Shown: one piece after another, positions 36,190 through 47,004 of the stretch
How positions within the stretch are numbered: the first letter of the stretch is position 1
Layout: each line of letters begins with the position of its first letter
Source of the DNA: Paecilomyces variotii
Lineage: Eukaryota
Reading direction: 5' to 3' (one strand)
Assembly: GCA_004022145.1 (NCBI GenBank)
Contig: RCNU01000009.1
DNA length: 64,000 nt
Program-made: the position numbers and the translations under genes
Notes under the pieces: model-generated
What the model was told of the DNA's origin: nothing
Database searches by the model: none
Seen by the model: only the letters and a program-made list of their open reading frames with translations

Positions 36190-39081
36190 TTAAAATATCG
36201 CTCCAAGCGATGGGATTGGGATGTCGTAATCAAACCCTTGTAAGTCCTGCATCAGGTAATCGTCTCTAAGGAATACCGGAATGGTTATATTATTGTTTTG
36301 ATCCTGTCGCTCCTTGAGCCTTTTCTCTAGGCTATTTGATAACACCCGGGCGGCCAGGAGAGCCATATCTGACTTGTTCCCTAGGCACCAAAGAGCGTCC
36401 AGACAGAACCTGCATTGACGCCAGGCTTGTTCGGAAGGGTCATTTCCTAGATGAACAACGTGAGGCGACATATCCACCTCATCTAAAAGGATATATCCCG
36501 CCTTGGTGAATGAACGGATAAGAACAGCCGTCCATGGCTCGGTCAAGAAGGCACCCTCGTTCACAGAGTCATGGAATTGACGGCATCTGGCGAAAGATGA
36601 GCTCTTCCCCTGGAGGGAGCACTGCGCAAGTTTAGAAACAGCTAGAGCGTTCTCTTTCCGGAGTGTGACGAAGAGGTCCATGGCACGTCGAGATTCGCGC
36701 TGCGAATCCAACCCAAGCCGTGCTTCGTCTATACTCTCTAGTGTGTCCGCGAGGATCATTCCCGCAAGATGCCAGTGCCCGGCAAGGACTACATACCATG
36801 ATTGTATGCGCGGCGGAAGGTCATCGTGGTTTCTCATACAATCCAGAATGAAGGGTCTATACGTGGAATTCCAGTGCTGGTAAACCCAAAATGTGCTCTG
36901 GATTGCTTCTTCGATAGATTCGGCGCTCGCATCGCGGTACACCAGTGTTTGGAGACGTGAAACTCGACGGAAAAGTAGCACCTTCACTGGCGCAGCATCG
37001 GAAAGCGTCTCTGCCGCTTCTTTATAAGAACAGGGCCAACGGGGTATGTTGGCTCCTTGCCCCACGGCACTCTTGCGAAGGAAGAGATCTCCCCATAGCT
37101 CTTGCTTATTTTGTTCGGCTCTGTCCATACCAGGAGACCAGTCTTCTTTATTAGAACCGGAATTTCTACCCCTGGTCTGTGGGCTAGAAAGTGGCGTCAC
37201 GCATCTGATATCGCTATCCTCGTCGGTGACCACCGGGGGCCGCTTATGCATGGCAGCTGTGAGGGTATCAAACATCATGCCAAGCCAGAAGAGAAGATTG
37301 AACGTCTCGTTGTCTTCTGGACTGAGACAATTCTGACTCGTCTGATCCGTCCCCGGATTGTCTCCCCATCGTTGGCTGCTGCTTGATGATGGGGAAATAC
37401 TGTGTGCGCTCCACCTCGTTGAAGTGTTCTCTCCGTCTCCTGGCAACTTGCTTTTCTGTCTTTGTTTAATTGTAAGCTTATAGCGGAAAGAAAATAGCTG
37501 CCTCATTGCCGTCTCCAGAAATAGAGGTGCAGAATCGTTGTCAAATACTTCGTGTAGTTCCGCAACCGCTGGACTCCTGATACCGTTGAGGCCCCTCGCT
37601 GCATGACCACCATTTCGGATGGCGACAGATGGGTCAGCCATCATCTTGAGGTGGTCATTGATGTTCAGCGGGCGTTGTGTTAAGGAAAATATGATATTGG
37701 CGAATACGAGTCGGAAAGACGGGATACCAGCTGCGCTCTCAAGAGCTTGACGGGCCTGGTTCCATAGATTCTCTTGGGCAGATCTCTCTGATGTACTGGG
37801 AATTGGTTGAGACCAGGCAAAGTCGGAATCGCTGGAATCGTCCAACAAGCTACCATTAGTGCATGGCATGCTGCCTGTATCTGATGCTGACGGAGACACC
37901 TTAAAGACAGTGGCTCTCTCCTGGAAGTTACGCGTCCACTGAGAGGCAAATGCCATTATCGCAGTGAGAAGAGCTCGAGATGCAGCCTTCTCTTCCGTAG
38001 CTGTGAGAGTCCGGCCCCAGACTGATGAAAAAGCGCGATCCAATCGGCATACTCGAGTACATATCCTGTTGGACCAGTTCGGTCCCCATTCTTTCTCCGC
38101 CATATTGAGCAATGGATTGCCCCGGGGACTTCGAGGGGATGTGGCGACACTGTACGGACAGTTCTGCTCTGTGAGCCAGCACGATAAAGCATTCTCCATG
38201 CTGTCATGATACACGCGAAGCATGTCTTGCGTCAGTGTTGCACGGGAGAAATTCTCTGCAAGGTCACTGGACGTTAAGAACAAGCTGTGCATGCTATCTG
38301 TGGCAGAAGGTTTCCCTGGTCTGGTGAAGCCATAGTTCCGATCAATGAGATGATTTATGACACCGTCGTTGCTCTCTGGGGACTCTTCGTCATTTCTGGC
38401 GATACCGTACCCATTCCTGATGGCATTAGGATTGTATGGCTGCGAAGCTACAACAGCGCTGTCGAGGGAGTAACCCGAGGGGAGGCCTTGTGGGGACTCT
38501 CCATAACCAAGACCCTGAGGTATTCGCCCAGGTCCCGTGTCATTACTCGCTTGGTACTGACTCCTGAAATGGATGTTAGACATGAGATGTGTATTCCAGG
38601 AATTCTTTTCCAACATATTTATATCAGAGCTGATGCCTGAGAACATTTCAGGAGGCTGGTTCAAAGGCAGCAACGGATACTGATCAAACGTGGGAAATTG
38701 GGGCGTTCCATTTGAACCATCCATGAGCGGATACGTAGACGGGTGAAGCGATTGTTGGTAAGGATTCAGGAAAGGCTCCCCCATGCCTGTTTCTTTCGCC
38801 TTCGCGACATTTTTGGACCTTCTCTTTCGACGATCTTTTGGTGTTCTTAGAGCGACGTAAAGCCAGTTGAATGTGCAGGTCTTTTCCCACTTCTTGCAAT
38901 TGGAACAGGGGGCCGGTGCCCGTATATCAAGTTCCTCGTGGCTAGTAGCGTTCAATCCCTGTGAAGGCTGCAAGCTCGGTTTATGGGACAATATGTCTTC
39001 TGGCGCCTTCCCATCGCAAGCCCTCTTTCCCTTCCGGCACTGATCGCAACTACGATGCTGACGGCGGAGGGGCGCCTCCAT
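36190..39081 (-). CDS. alcR: AlcR-like Zn2Cys6 transcription factor
   Basis: RRQHRSCDQCRKGKRACD...CSNCKKWEKTCTFNWL resembles the A. nidulans AlcR zinc cluster, including the long Cys3-Cys4 loop. Further AlcR-like blocks: YHDSMENALSCWLTE, WGPNWSNR, FANIIFSLTQ, APVKVLL, LTEPW. Orthology versus paralogy is not established. Confidence 0.82.
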   Translation of the reverse strand: MEAPLRRQHRSCDQCRKGKRACDGKAPEDILSHKPSLQPSQGLNATSHEELDIRAPAPCSNCKKWEKTCTFNWLYVALRTPKDRRKRRSKNVAKAKETGMGEPFLNPYQQSLHPSTYPLMDGSNGTPQFPTFDQYPLLPLNQPPEMFSGISSDINMLEKNSWNTHLMSNIHFRSQYQASNDTGPGRIPQGLGYGESPQGLPSGYSLDSAVVASQPYNPNAIRNGYGIARNDEESPESNDGVINHLIDRNYGFTRPGKPSATDSMHSLFLTSSDLAENFSRATLTQDMLRVYHDSMENALSCWLTEQNCPYSVATSPRSPRGNPLLNMAEKEWGPNWSNRICTRVCRLDRAFSSVWGRTLTATEEKAASRALLTAIMAFASQWTRNFQERATVFKVSPSASDTGSMPCTNGSLLDDSSDSDFAWSQPIPSTSERSAQENLWNQARQALESAAGIPSFRLVFANIIFSLTQRPLNINDHLKMMADPSVAIRNGGHAARGLNGIRSPAVAELHEVFDNDSAPLFLETAMRQLFSFRYKLTIKQRQKSKLPGDGENTSTRWSAHSISPSSSSSQRWGDNPGTDQTSQNCLSPEDNETFNLLFWLGMMFDTLTAAMHKRPPVVTDEDSDIRCVTPLSSPQTRGRNSGSNKEDWSPGMDRAEQNKQELWGDLFLRKSAVGQGANIPRWPCSYKEAAETLSDAAPVKVLLFRRVSRLQTLVYRDASAESIEEAIQSTFWVYQHWNSTYRPFILDCMRNHDDLPPRIQSWYVVLAGHWHLAGMILADTLESIDEARLGLDSQRESRRAMDLFVTLRKENALAVSKLAQCSLQGKSSSFARCRQFHDSVNEGAFLTEPWTAVLIRSFTKAGYILLDEVDMSPHVVHLGNDPSEQAWRQCRFCLDALWCLGNKSDMALLAARVLSNSLEKRLKERQDQNNNITIPVFLRDDYLMQDLQGFDYDIPIPSLGAIF

Positions 39082-39399
39082 TCAGAAGTTGCGATGTGCC
39101 TGTTTGGCGCAAGGTTGTGTTTGGTGCTCTCTAAAAAAAACTCGTCCTCGATTCCAAGCACCAGCCGGGTCATTCGCAGGTCCAGCGTGTGATCACAAAG
39201 TCGATACAGCTCAAGCCAATTCAGATTGAGATAGATGATGACAATCAAGCATCGATACAATGCTTAGTGACAGAAACGACAATGAGTGGAGAATGCTAGC
39301 TGGTGTCTGATGGTTGAAGTATCGAAGATGATGCGGAGTCGACAACGGAAGGAAAGCGGGTGGAGGTTTCGCTCCGACGGTGATGCACTTTTGGCGACT

Positions 39400-39418
39400 C
39401 TGGGGTAACCTGGGGTAA
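39400..39418 (+). promoter_or_regulatory. Tandem CreA-type (SYGGRG) sites upstream of the alcR-like gene
   Basis: CTGGGGTAA is directly repeated at 39400-39408 and 39410-39418, about 320 bp upstream of the ATG at 39081. Confidence 0.4.
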
Positions 39419-39739
39419 TCGAGGCGACGATCTAGTCGGTTGTTCACGGGCACTAGAGGCTGTTACTTACTCGTCGGGATCGTATTCTTCAACTACCTAC
39501 ACAATGCCCATACGAGTCTGCTGCATCAGCAGCCTGCGACCCCGCATATTGGTCTCTCGGCTTCCTTCTGCTGTGCGCAAGACGATGAGTTATGTCAATC
39601 ATTTGGATGTCGTATCCTACGCGTCTGGGATCTTGGAGCAGGGTGAAATAAGTACGGGTGGCGCAGTAAGTAGGGCGCTTATGTATTGCTAGCAGCAAGG
39701 AATTTTCACGGGCCATGTTGATGCTCCGTAAGACGCCAT

Positions 39740-40999
39740 GGTGCAAGGCTCTAGTAAGCCAGAGACTCGACGTCCATTTATAGGCTCTCCTACACTTGAG
39801 GGTGTGCAAATGGCAGTATCTGGGAACACACTATTCCAGCGATCCCTTTCTCCCTACCACACCATCAATACAATTGATACAATCCCGTCCACCAGGCAGT
39901 CCCGGATGATCTGTCAGTTGCTCTTCCAGTGAGCATAAATGTCCGTCCCTATCCCTGCGGCGTGGAAAATGGATATAGGTCTTAGATTGGGTAAGCGAAG
40001 TCAGCTTTTGAGGACGGAATGCCTTGAGTCCCAAAACTGGGGAATTCTGGAATCTGGTTTCGGAACATTTCTCCAACTGTCTCTTTACATTCTGTCCGGT
40101 CTTTGGCGAGGCGCCGTCAACAGTACCTAGGAAGGTCAAGATTTCTGCGTCGACTTTTCAGTCCCATCACCAAAAGAGAAAACGGTGAAGAGTTACCAGC
40201 AACATATGGCAATACTCCTGTGGCTTGGCGAAGCATCTAGCTCCACCGCTATCAAGGGATCCTTGAATCTCTGCCGCACTATTGAGGATTAACGGGCGTC
40301 GGAGGAGATGATCCCGTGGTGAGAGCTGTCCGTTGGGGACTCTCTGGTTCAGATAGGCAGGGTTCGCTTCCATGGACGGTGTTGGGAACGAACATGGAGA
40401 TATTCTGCAGCTTCAGGGGTCCAAAGATATTTCTATGAACATATTCATTCAGCGACACACCAGTGGCTCGCTCGAAGAGAATCCCCGCCCAGTCGATATT
40501 GACCTAATCGTGTCAGATACTCTTCAGGTCGATTAGGATAGGTCTAGTCCTTACATCGTCGTCCCAGCCTTTCGCCTGGCTGTCTCACTAGCTCATCGAC
40601 ATTGGCTCGAGAACGTGAGAAACAGTAGAATTCGCAACGTGATCGCCCTCTTATTAACCAACTTCCCATCATCCTGCAGAACTTTCGCCTGCTTTAGCCC
40701 CGGAGACAGTTTCTCAACTTAGTTTGAACCATCCAGGGCGGGAACTCCTTTCCATCAGCTGCATGCAAGCGATTCCCACAATCATCTTGGTGCATGATGG
40801 TATCCAGAAGATGTTATCAAGTGTCATCTTTTCAGTTGTTCCACAACAGCAGGTGTCGCTTGCAGAGGTGAATTTCTCTTCGCCATGTTTGTCGACCACG
40901 ACCACGACAGTTCCTGGAACATCTTTCTTCCTATCGAGGCAGGGCTGCGTCGAGTCTTTGTTGTAGAGACCTGATGGTTTCGGCTGAGAATTGGGCCAT
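39740..40999 (-). pseudogene. Decayed beta-lactamase-family (class C/LovD-like) serine esterase
   Basis: Fragments in shifting frames: MAQFSAETIRSLQQRLDAA / CLDRKKDVPG...FWIPSCTKMIVGIACMQLME (SxxK) / VEKLSPGLKQAKVLQDDG...ITLRILL / NIDWAGILFERATGVSLNEYVHRNIFGPLKLQNISMF / DHLLRRP...SGGARCFAKPQEYC / ETVGEMFRNQIPEFP...PI*DLYP / REKGIAGIVCSQILPFAHPQV*. Several frameshifts and stops. Confidence 0.82.
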
Positions 41000-41199
41000 T
41001 TTAAAAGGATATGGAGCATTGATCCAAGATGTAAGTAAATTCCCGGATTGTCTCTTACAAAATAGGGATGATGGGGTATGGACTTCATTATATCATTGCG
41101 AGACATTCTGAGTATTCTATCTACCAAGATAGCTATCTGCGATATTATGGGCAACAGAACCTACGAAGGACGGTCAGGAGAACACTAAGATGCGAAAGG

Positions 41200-41940
41200 C
41201 ACAGCGGTGATTGACGGAACGGACGCAATATCTTGTCTGCAGATGTCGCTATTTGACCGATGTTTCCGCATCCGCAAACAAAACTCCAAGCCCTCCGAGC
41301 CTGTTGCGGGGTCCCATCAAAGTCCAACACGCAGTGACTATACAAAGTATTCCCAATCATACTGTTCATTCCTATACACCTTCCATCATATTGCGGAAAT
41401 CCGCGTAATCCAAGACTCTCCTAACGACTCCCCACCTACAAACGCTGGATCGACAATTAGCGGAACACATACGGCTCCGCAAGTGAACTATCTATCCATA
41501 AAACCTCCGACTGCCCACCCAACCATCTAGTTCCGACAGCAGTTAAAGTTATCGTGCGGACTCATATCTTCGTATGGGTCGAGTGTGGGGTAAAAGTTAA
41601 GATCACCTCCGCTGCTCCGCATGGCTTTTGAAGCTGTGCGGAGGGCCCAGATCTACCTACTTAGCGCCGCGGGGAGACGTACGCGTTCCGAAGCTGCAAC
41701 TATGGCTGCTACGCATAATATCAGTATAGTATTATAGTCTACTATAGTATAGTTCATGTAGGTCCCCCATGCTCGAGAAGCTGACAATGTTCGATTTCGC
41801 CGGAGGATCTACTTCTGCTGAGGGTTAGTCTAGAGATGCGGGCCCGAAGCTGGTATTCTAGTGAAGTCAGACGACGTGCTTTCGACTCTGTCTTTGTCGC
41901 TATTCGGTGTAATGTTTCGTGCGGATGTCCGCACGGAGGG
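41200..41940. promoter_or_regulatory. Cluster of WGCGG AlcR-type half-sites in the divergent esterase/BVMO promoter
   Basis: WGCGG/CCGCW at about 41203, 41266, 41272, 41305, 41392, 41459, 41477, 41555, 41609, 41617, 41637, 41837, 41920 and 41929. Includes the palindrome CGTGCGGA-TG-TCCGCACG (41918-41935). Confidence 0.6.
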
Positions 41941-42114
41941 TTGAACTGTATAAGAGATTGTAGAGGGGGGTTGATGCTAGAGATGTCCAGCATGGAGTTA
42001 CAATATTTAAACGGCGTCGAGAATCCCCTTTCTCTAGGACAAATCCTTCCAGATTCTCCTGATATAACGAAAGGAAAATAAGACTCTTTTTTAGTCGAAT
42101 AACATACATCCACC

Positions 42115-43794
42115 ATGCCGATCAAGACTGAGCTCCACGAGTACGCCCACCGCCGCAGCACCACTGGCCCATATGCCGACGATCTCGACGTCGATGTCTT
42201 GATCGTCGGCGGCGGGTTCGGCGGTGTCTACTGCCTCCACGAGGTCCGTAAACAAGGTCTAAAGGCAGTTATCTTCGAAGCTGGAAACGATCTCGGCGGA
42301 ACCTGGAGATGGAACTGCTACCCCGGAGCGGGAGTCGATTCAGAAGTCCCCGAATACCAGCTCTCGATCCCAGAAACCTGGAAAGACTGGACTTGGTCAA
42401 CCAACTACCCGACTTACGAAGAGTTGCGAGCGTACTTCGATCATGTTGATAAGGTGCTGAATATCAAGAAAGATACCGCCTTTGATAGCGTTGTAGTCGG
42501 GGCCCAGTTCGATACCAATGAAGGGAAATGGCACATCAAGACGGCCGATGGGAGGGTCGCGAAGGCAAGATACTTCATCATTGCTGCGGGCTTTGCGGCA
42601 AAACGCTATATCCCAGAATGGCCTGGAACGAATACCTTCAAGGGAATCATCCATCACTCGTCCTTCTGGCCGGACGAACATATCGACGTTCGAGGCAAGC
42701 GCTGTGCGATTATAGGCACTGGAGCATCCGGAGTGCAAATCACTCAGGCCTGGGGTCCCCAAGCGGGCGAACTAAAGGTCTTCCAGCGCACGCCGAATCT
42801 CGCTGTTCCCATGAGAAAGCGCGCTCTTACCGTCAAGGAACAGCAGGATTCAAAGCGCTTCTATCCCGAGCTTTTCGACTACCGTGAAAAATGCTTCGGG
42901 GGGTTCCTCTATACATTCTGCGAAAGGGGCGTGTTTGAAGATAGCAAAGAGGAGCAGGAAGCATTCCTCGAGCAACTCTGGAAGGATGGAGGTTTCCGGT
43001 ACTGGCTTGCCAATTACAAGGACTACCTTTACGACCCGAAGGCGAATCGTGTCGTTTACGATTTCTGGCTTAAGAAAGTCCGCGAACGTATCGGTGACCC
43101 ACAGCAACGTGAGATTCTGGCTCCTGTCGAACCGCCACATCCCTGGGGTGTGAAGAGGCCATGTCTGGAATACAACTACTATGAGCAGTTCAACCGACCT
43201 AGTGTTGAAGCCGTCAATATCAAGAATAACCCGATCGTTGGGTTCACCGAAACCGGAATCAAGCTGCAGGATGGATCTCATTATGAGTTCGATGTGATTT
43301 GCATTGCTACCGGTTTCGATATCACTACCGGTGGCATGACGAGTATGGGCTTGCAAAGTATCCATGGGAAATCACTGAAAGATGAGTGGAAGGAAGGTGC
43401 TTACACCTATCTCGGCACCACGGTTAGTGGATATCCGAATATGTTCCATCTCTATGGTCCACATGGACCTACTTTGCTCAGCAATGGACCTACTAGCGTG
43501 GAGATTCAGGGCCGTTGGATCTCCGATGCTATCAAGCAGATGGAGCGCCAGGGAGTTAAATATATTGACCCTCTTCCAGAAGCAGCTCTGAACTGGAAAA
43601 AGCGCATCAATGAGCTCTCTGATATCTCATTGTTCCCGACGACAAAGTCCACCTATATGGGTGGTAGTATGCCGGATAAGGTGTTTGAACAGGTCAACTA
43701 TGCTGGTGGTGAGTATGCTTATTCGCAGGAAATCCGTCAGGCTCTGCCTCAGTTCAAGGGGTTCAACGTTGTGAAGAAGCAGTATCTGAATTGA
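42115..43794 (+). CDS. Type I Baeyer-Villiger monooxygenase (cyclopentanone-monooxygenase-like)
   Basis: Rossmann motifs GGGFGG and GTGASG, GGTWRWNCYPG, BVMO fingerprint FKGIIHHSSFWP (FxGxxxHxxxWP), FQRTPN and ATGFD. Intronless, 559 aa. Confidence 0.93.
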   Translation: MPIKTELHEYAHRRSTTGPYADDLDVDVLIVGGGFGGVYCLHEVRKQGLKAVIFEAGNDLGGTWRWNCYPGAGVDSEVPEYQLSIPETWKDWTWSTNYPTYEELRAYFDHVDKVLNIKKDTAFDSVVVGAQFDTNEGKWHIKTADGRVAKARYFIIAAGFAAKRYIPEWPGTNTFKGIIHHSSFWPDEHIDVRGKRCAIIGTGASGVQITQAWGPQAGELKVFQRTPNLAVPMRKRALTVKEQQDSKRFYPELFDYREKCFGGFLYTFCERGVFEDSKEEQEAFLEQLWKDGGFRYWLANYKDYLYDPKANRVVYDFWLKKVRERIGDPQQREILAPVEPPHPWGVKRPCLEYNYYEQFNRPSVEAVNIKNNPIVGFTETGIKLQDGSHYEFDVICIATGFDITTGGMTSMGLQSIHGKSLKDEWKEGAYTYLGTTVSGYPNMFHLYGPHGPTLLSNGPTSVEIQGRWISDAIKQMERQGVKYIDPLPEAALNWKKRINELSDISLFPTTKSTYMGGSMPDKVFEQVNYAGGEYAYSQEIRQALPQFKGFNVVKKQYLN

Positions 43795-44606
43795 GGATTG
43801 TTCCTGTCCAATGGATAATTGTTGGATTCCTATGGCCTAAACTGATATGTATCTGTCTGTCTGATCAATTGATTTCCCTTCGGACACATAACACTAGTGT
43901 GCTCTATGCGCATTGATCCTATATGTTTACGGAGTATGAATACCAAGATTGTCTCATGACTGATTCTCTGTATTGGGCTTGCATATGCTCTCGGAAACTC
44001 ATCGCGGCGTCGTAAGCAGGTTATTGTACAGCTGATAGGACACCGGATCCACGAGATGATACCGGGACTTAGTTCCTAGGAATAGCTCGTGTGTCTGCCT
44101 GGAAATTGGCAGAATCTATGTCATCTTCGAATATAGGTCGAGTCGAAAAACTGAGACCAGCTGCAGCTGCGCTTTCCGGGGATACCAGAAATGCCGGCTG
44201 GCATGCAGCAACTGCAAAGCAACTCCGATATGAATTGCTTCGATGAGACTAACATCTCGTGTACTCCGATTGTGACCTCCGAAATGGCCGTTGTAGCAAT
44301 GCCCTTCACGTCTCCTCCTTTTCTCATGTACACACAGACAAAACCCGTTATGGCAAAAGAAGAGTCCAATCGACAAAGATATGAGAAGTACAACCGACCG
44401 AATAGGGAAAAAAGAAAAGAAAAAGACCGTGACACTGAGAAGAGTGTCTGCAAGTGGTGAGAACAAGTCACGAATCGACCGAGTAATGCACAACGCCATC
44501 AGCTGGTAAACAGCGGGACATAACCACGAGGGAAAGCAGAGTACACCCCTTGACCCGCATCGCCTGTACTTTTGTGGATATATGGAATGGACGATCAGGC
44601 ATCTCT

Positions 44607-46020
44607 TCATGCCTCCTTGGCGTCAACCTTCTTCGCAGGATGGTCGCCGTTCTGCGCGCCGTTCGCATTTCCATCTTCCTCGCGAGCTCGCTTCTTAGAA
44701 GCCTCGTCGCCACCGGTAGTGCTCTGAATGACGGGGACGCCACTGCCACAAAAATATTAGCGATCGACAAACGTCTCACACAATGAAAGATAAATGGAAA
44801 CATACCGCGCATCTTTCTGGATCTCTTGGGGACGGCCATTTTCACGGCCATTCTCGCGAGCATTGTCACGACCATTTCCGCGACCATTTCCGCGACCACG
44901 TCCTCCCCGGCCGCCACGGCCACCCTTGAAACCTCTCTTCTGATCTTCAGCTCTGCGCTCCTTCCAGTCGCGATTGTCACCGCGGCCGTGGTTTCTAGAA
45001 CCGCCTCGGCCTCGGTTAGGCTTGATGCGACCAGCCTCGATATCCTTGACTTTCTCATCACAATATTGTCTCTTGCTCTTGATCAGCAAGTCCTGTCCCT
45101 TCCACTTGGGCTTGGGGTCCAAGGCAAGGAACTTCTTCTGGGTTTCCTCGGAGTCAAATTCGACAAAGACGCTACCCTTGAAGGTCTTGTCGTAATGACG
45201 ACGCAGACGGATAGCATTGGTGGGGCCATACGGAGCGAAGAATGCCTCGATGTCGAACTGGGTGCTGGGTTCCTCGTCACCAAAACCCTTAGCGTAGATG
45301 CTGCGGTCCATTGCCTTGTCCTCGAAGACCTTGACGATATCCGCGTCAGGGTTCTCGTTCACCGACTCAGGAAGAGGCACCTTGCGGACCACCTTGGTGT
45401 CATTGTCGACCAGCTCCAGAGTCTCGGAGGACTTGAGTGCCTCGACGACAGCACTGAAAGGCTGGAAGCGGCGCATGCGCTTGAACGAGTGCAGCAACGA
45501 GAGCTCAACGGGACGGTTGGCGCTGCCTCCTACTTTGGAGAGAAGAAACTTGTCCATGGGGAGGTTAGAGTCGGAGAAATAGAATTCCACCTAAGTAGAG
45601 CCCAATTAGTACTGGCGACTAGGAACCAACGGACAGGGACACCCATTCTGAGTGCTGACTTACCTGCTTTCTGATCTCAACAGGATCACTGGTTGTCTCC
45701 CGGCTTGTGGGGTCAAACTTGATGTTGTCACGATAGTTGGGGCGCTCTCCGCGTCCGGTTCTGGATTTCTGAGACTTTTCTTCAGTCTTCGATTCGGCCT
45801 CCTCCGACTTTTCTCCCAGTTTAGCAGCCTCTGCGACTATCCGCGCTTCCTCTGCAGCCTCATCACTGGCCGCTGCGCCATTAGACTCGGACTCCTTCTT
45901 CTCCTCTGTCGGAGCGGCGCCCTCCTCGGCCTTCAGTTCCGCCAGCACGTTCTGGACATCCTTTTCAGCTTCCACGTTGGCCGCAGGAGCAGTGCCAGTG
46001 GGATTCTGTTCGTCGGACAT
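44607..46020 (-). CDS. lhp1: La protein homolog (La motif + RRM), 3 exons
   Basis: IRKQ|VEFYFSDSNLPMDKFL (La motif), SFKRMR, RRM SIYAKGF...FKGSVFVEF and an RG-rich tail. Introns at about 45663-45591 and 44805-44745. Confidence 0.92.
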
Positions 46021-47004
46021 GACTGCAGGTGAGAATTAGCAAACCAGACAGTCGTAGAATTCGCAGTTGCAGCGGGCGCCGCTGTACGCCACCCTTTCTT
46101 CGAGGTCGGTAAGACTTTCGAAGATGAAGAGTTGACAAACAAAGACGTTCACGTCTGATTTGGAAAACACGCACTCGAGCTGCTGTGAACGCGAAGACGT
46201 GAAATATGGCAGAATGGCGAGGGAAGAAATTATTGTTTCGACAAACGCGAGCGATCGATAGCGGCGGGGGAAATTTTCTGGCAGAGCAATCGGGAGCTTC
46301 AGCCACCGGGACTGCACCAGCTGCCGCCCGCAGCGGAGACTAGGGAAATGTCCGTCACGCGTGTAGCCCGGCCGATTTATGGTCGCATTTACGCGGGATC
46401 AAGTATTTACGATACTACAGTGCATTGAATAGGATAGTTCTCCATATTCTACCAGCAAGATATCCCGTCGAATTGCAGCGCGTCAGAACTGCTCATCTTC
46501 TTCGATCCGGTCTCGTACACGTGACCGCGCTGCGAAATATGAACTAATCTATATCTGGTTAGCCGATAAAATAGCAAGGAACCCCTTATCGCTGATTAGG
46601 GTCTAGCCCTATAAGCCCTAACTGGTCTAGATCTGACCTGTCATCCTGTCTGAGTCCTGGAGGCGCAGAAGCAGTCACTCATTCCACTTGTCCCTACATA
46701 AACTATCAACCCTGTCATGTTACTGTTCGAATAGCACCTGTCATACTAAGGTTTATTGAGGGAGTATCGCATCATGGATCAATTGCAACCGCCTACTGAG
46801 CAGAATCGAAATCATGACATCGGGCTCCAGCTAGCTAGTCTTCACCTATACATGGAGGCGAGCTAGAGAAGAGAATAGAAATGGAGATTGTATTCATCTA
46901 TCCAGCGCTTCACTAACGCATATAACGTATATTAAACAGGATACCCCCATATGCAGCACAGTAAGTTACCAGTCAAACCCCCGTCTCTTGTCCAATTTCT
47001 GTTC

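Noticed and set aside
44826-45674. 282-aa plus-strand ORF
   Set aside because: Antisense shadow of the La gene.
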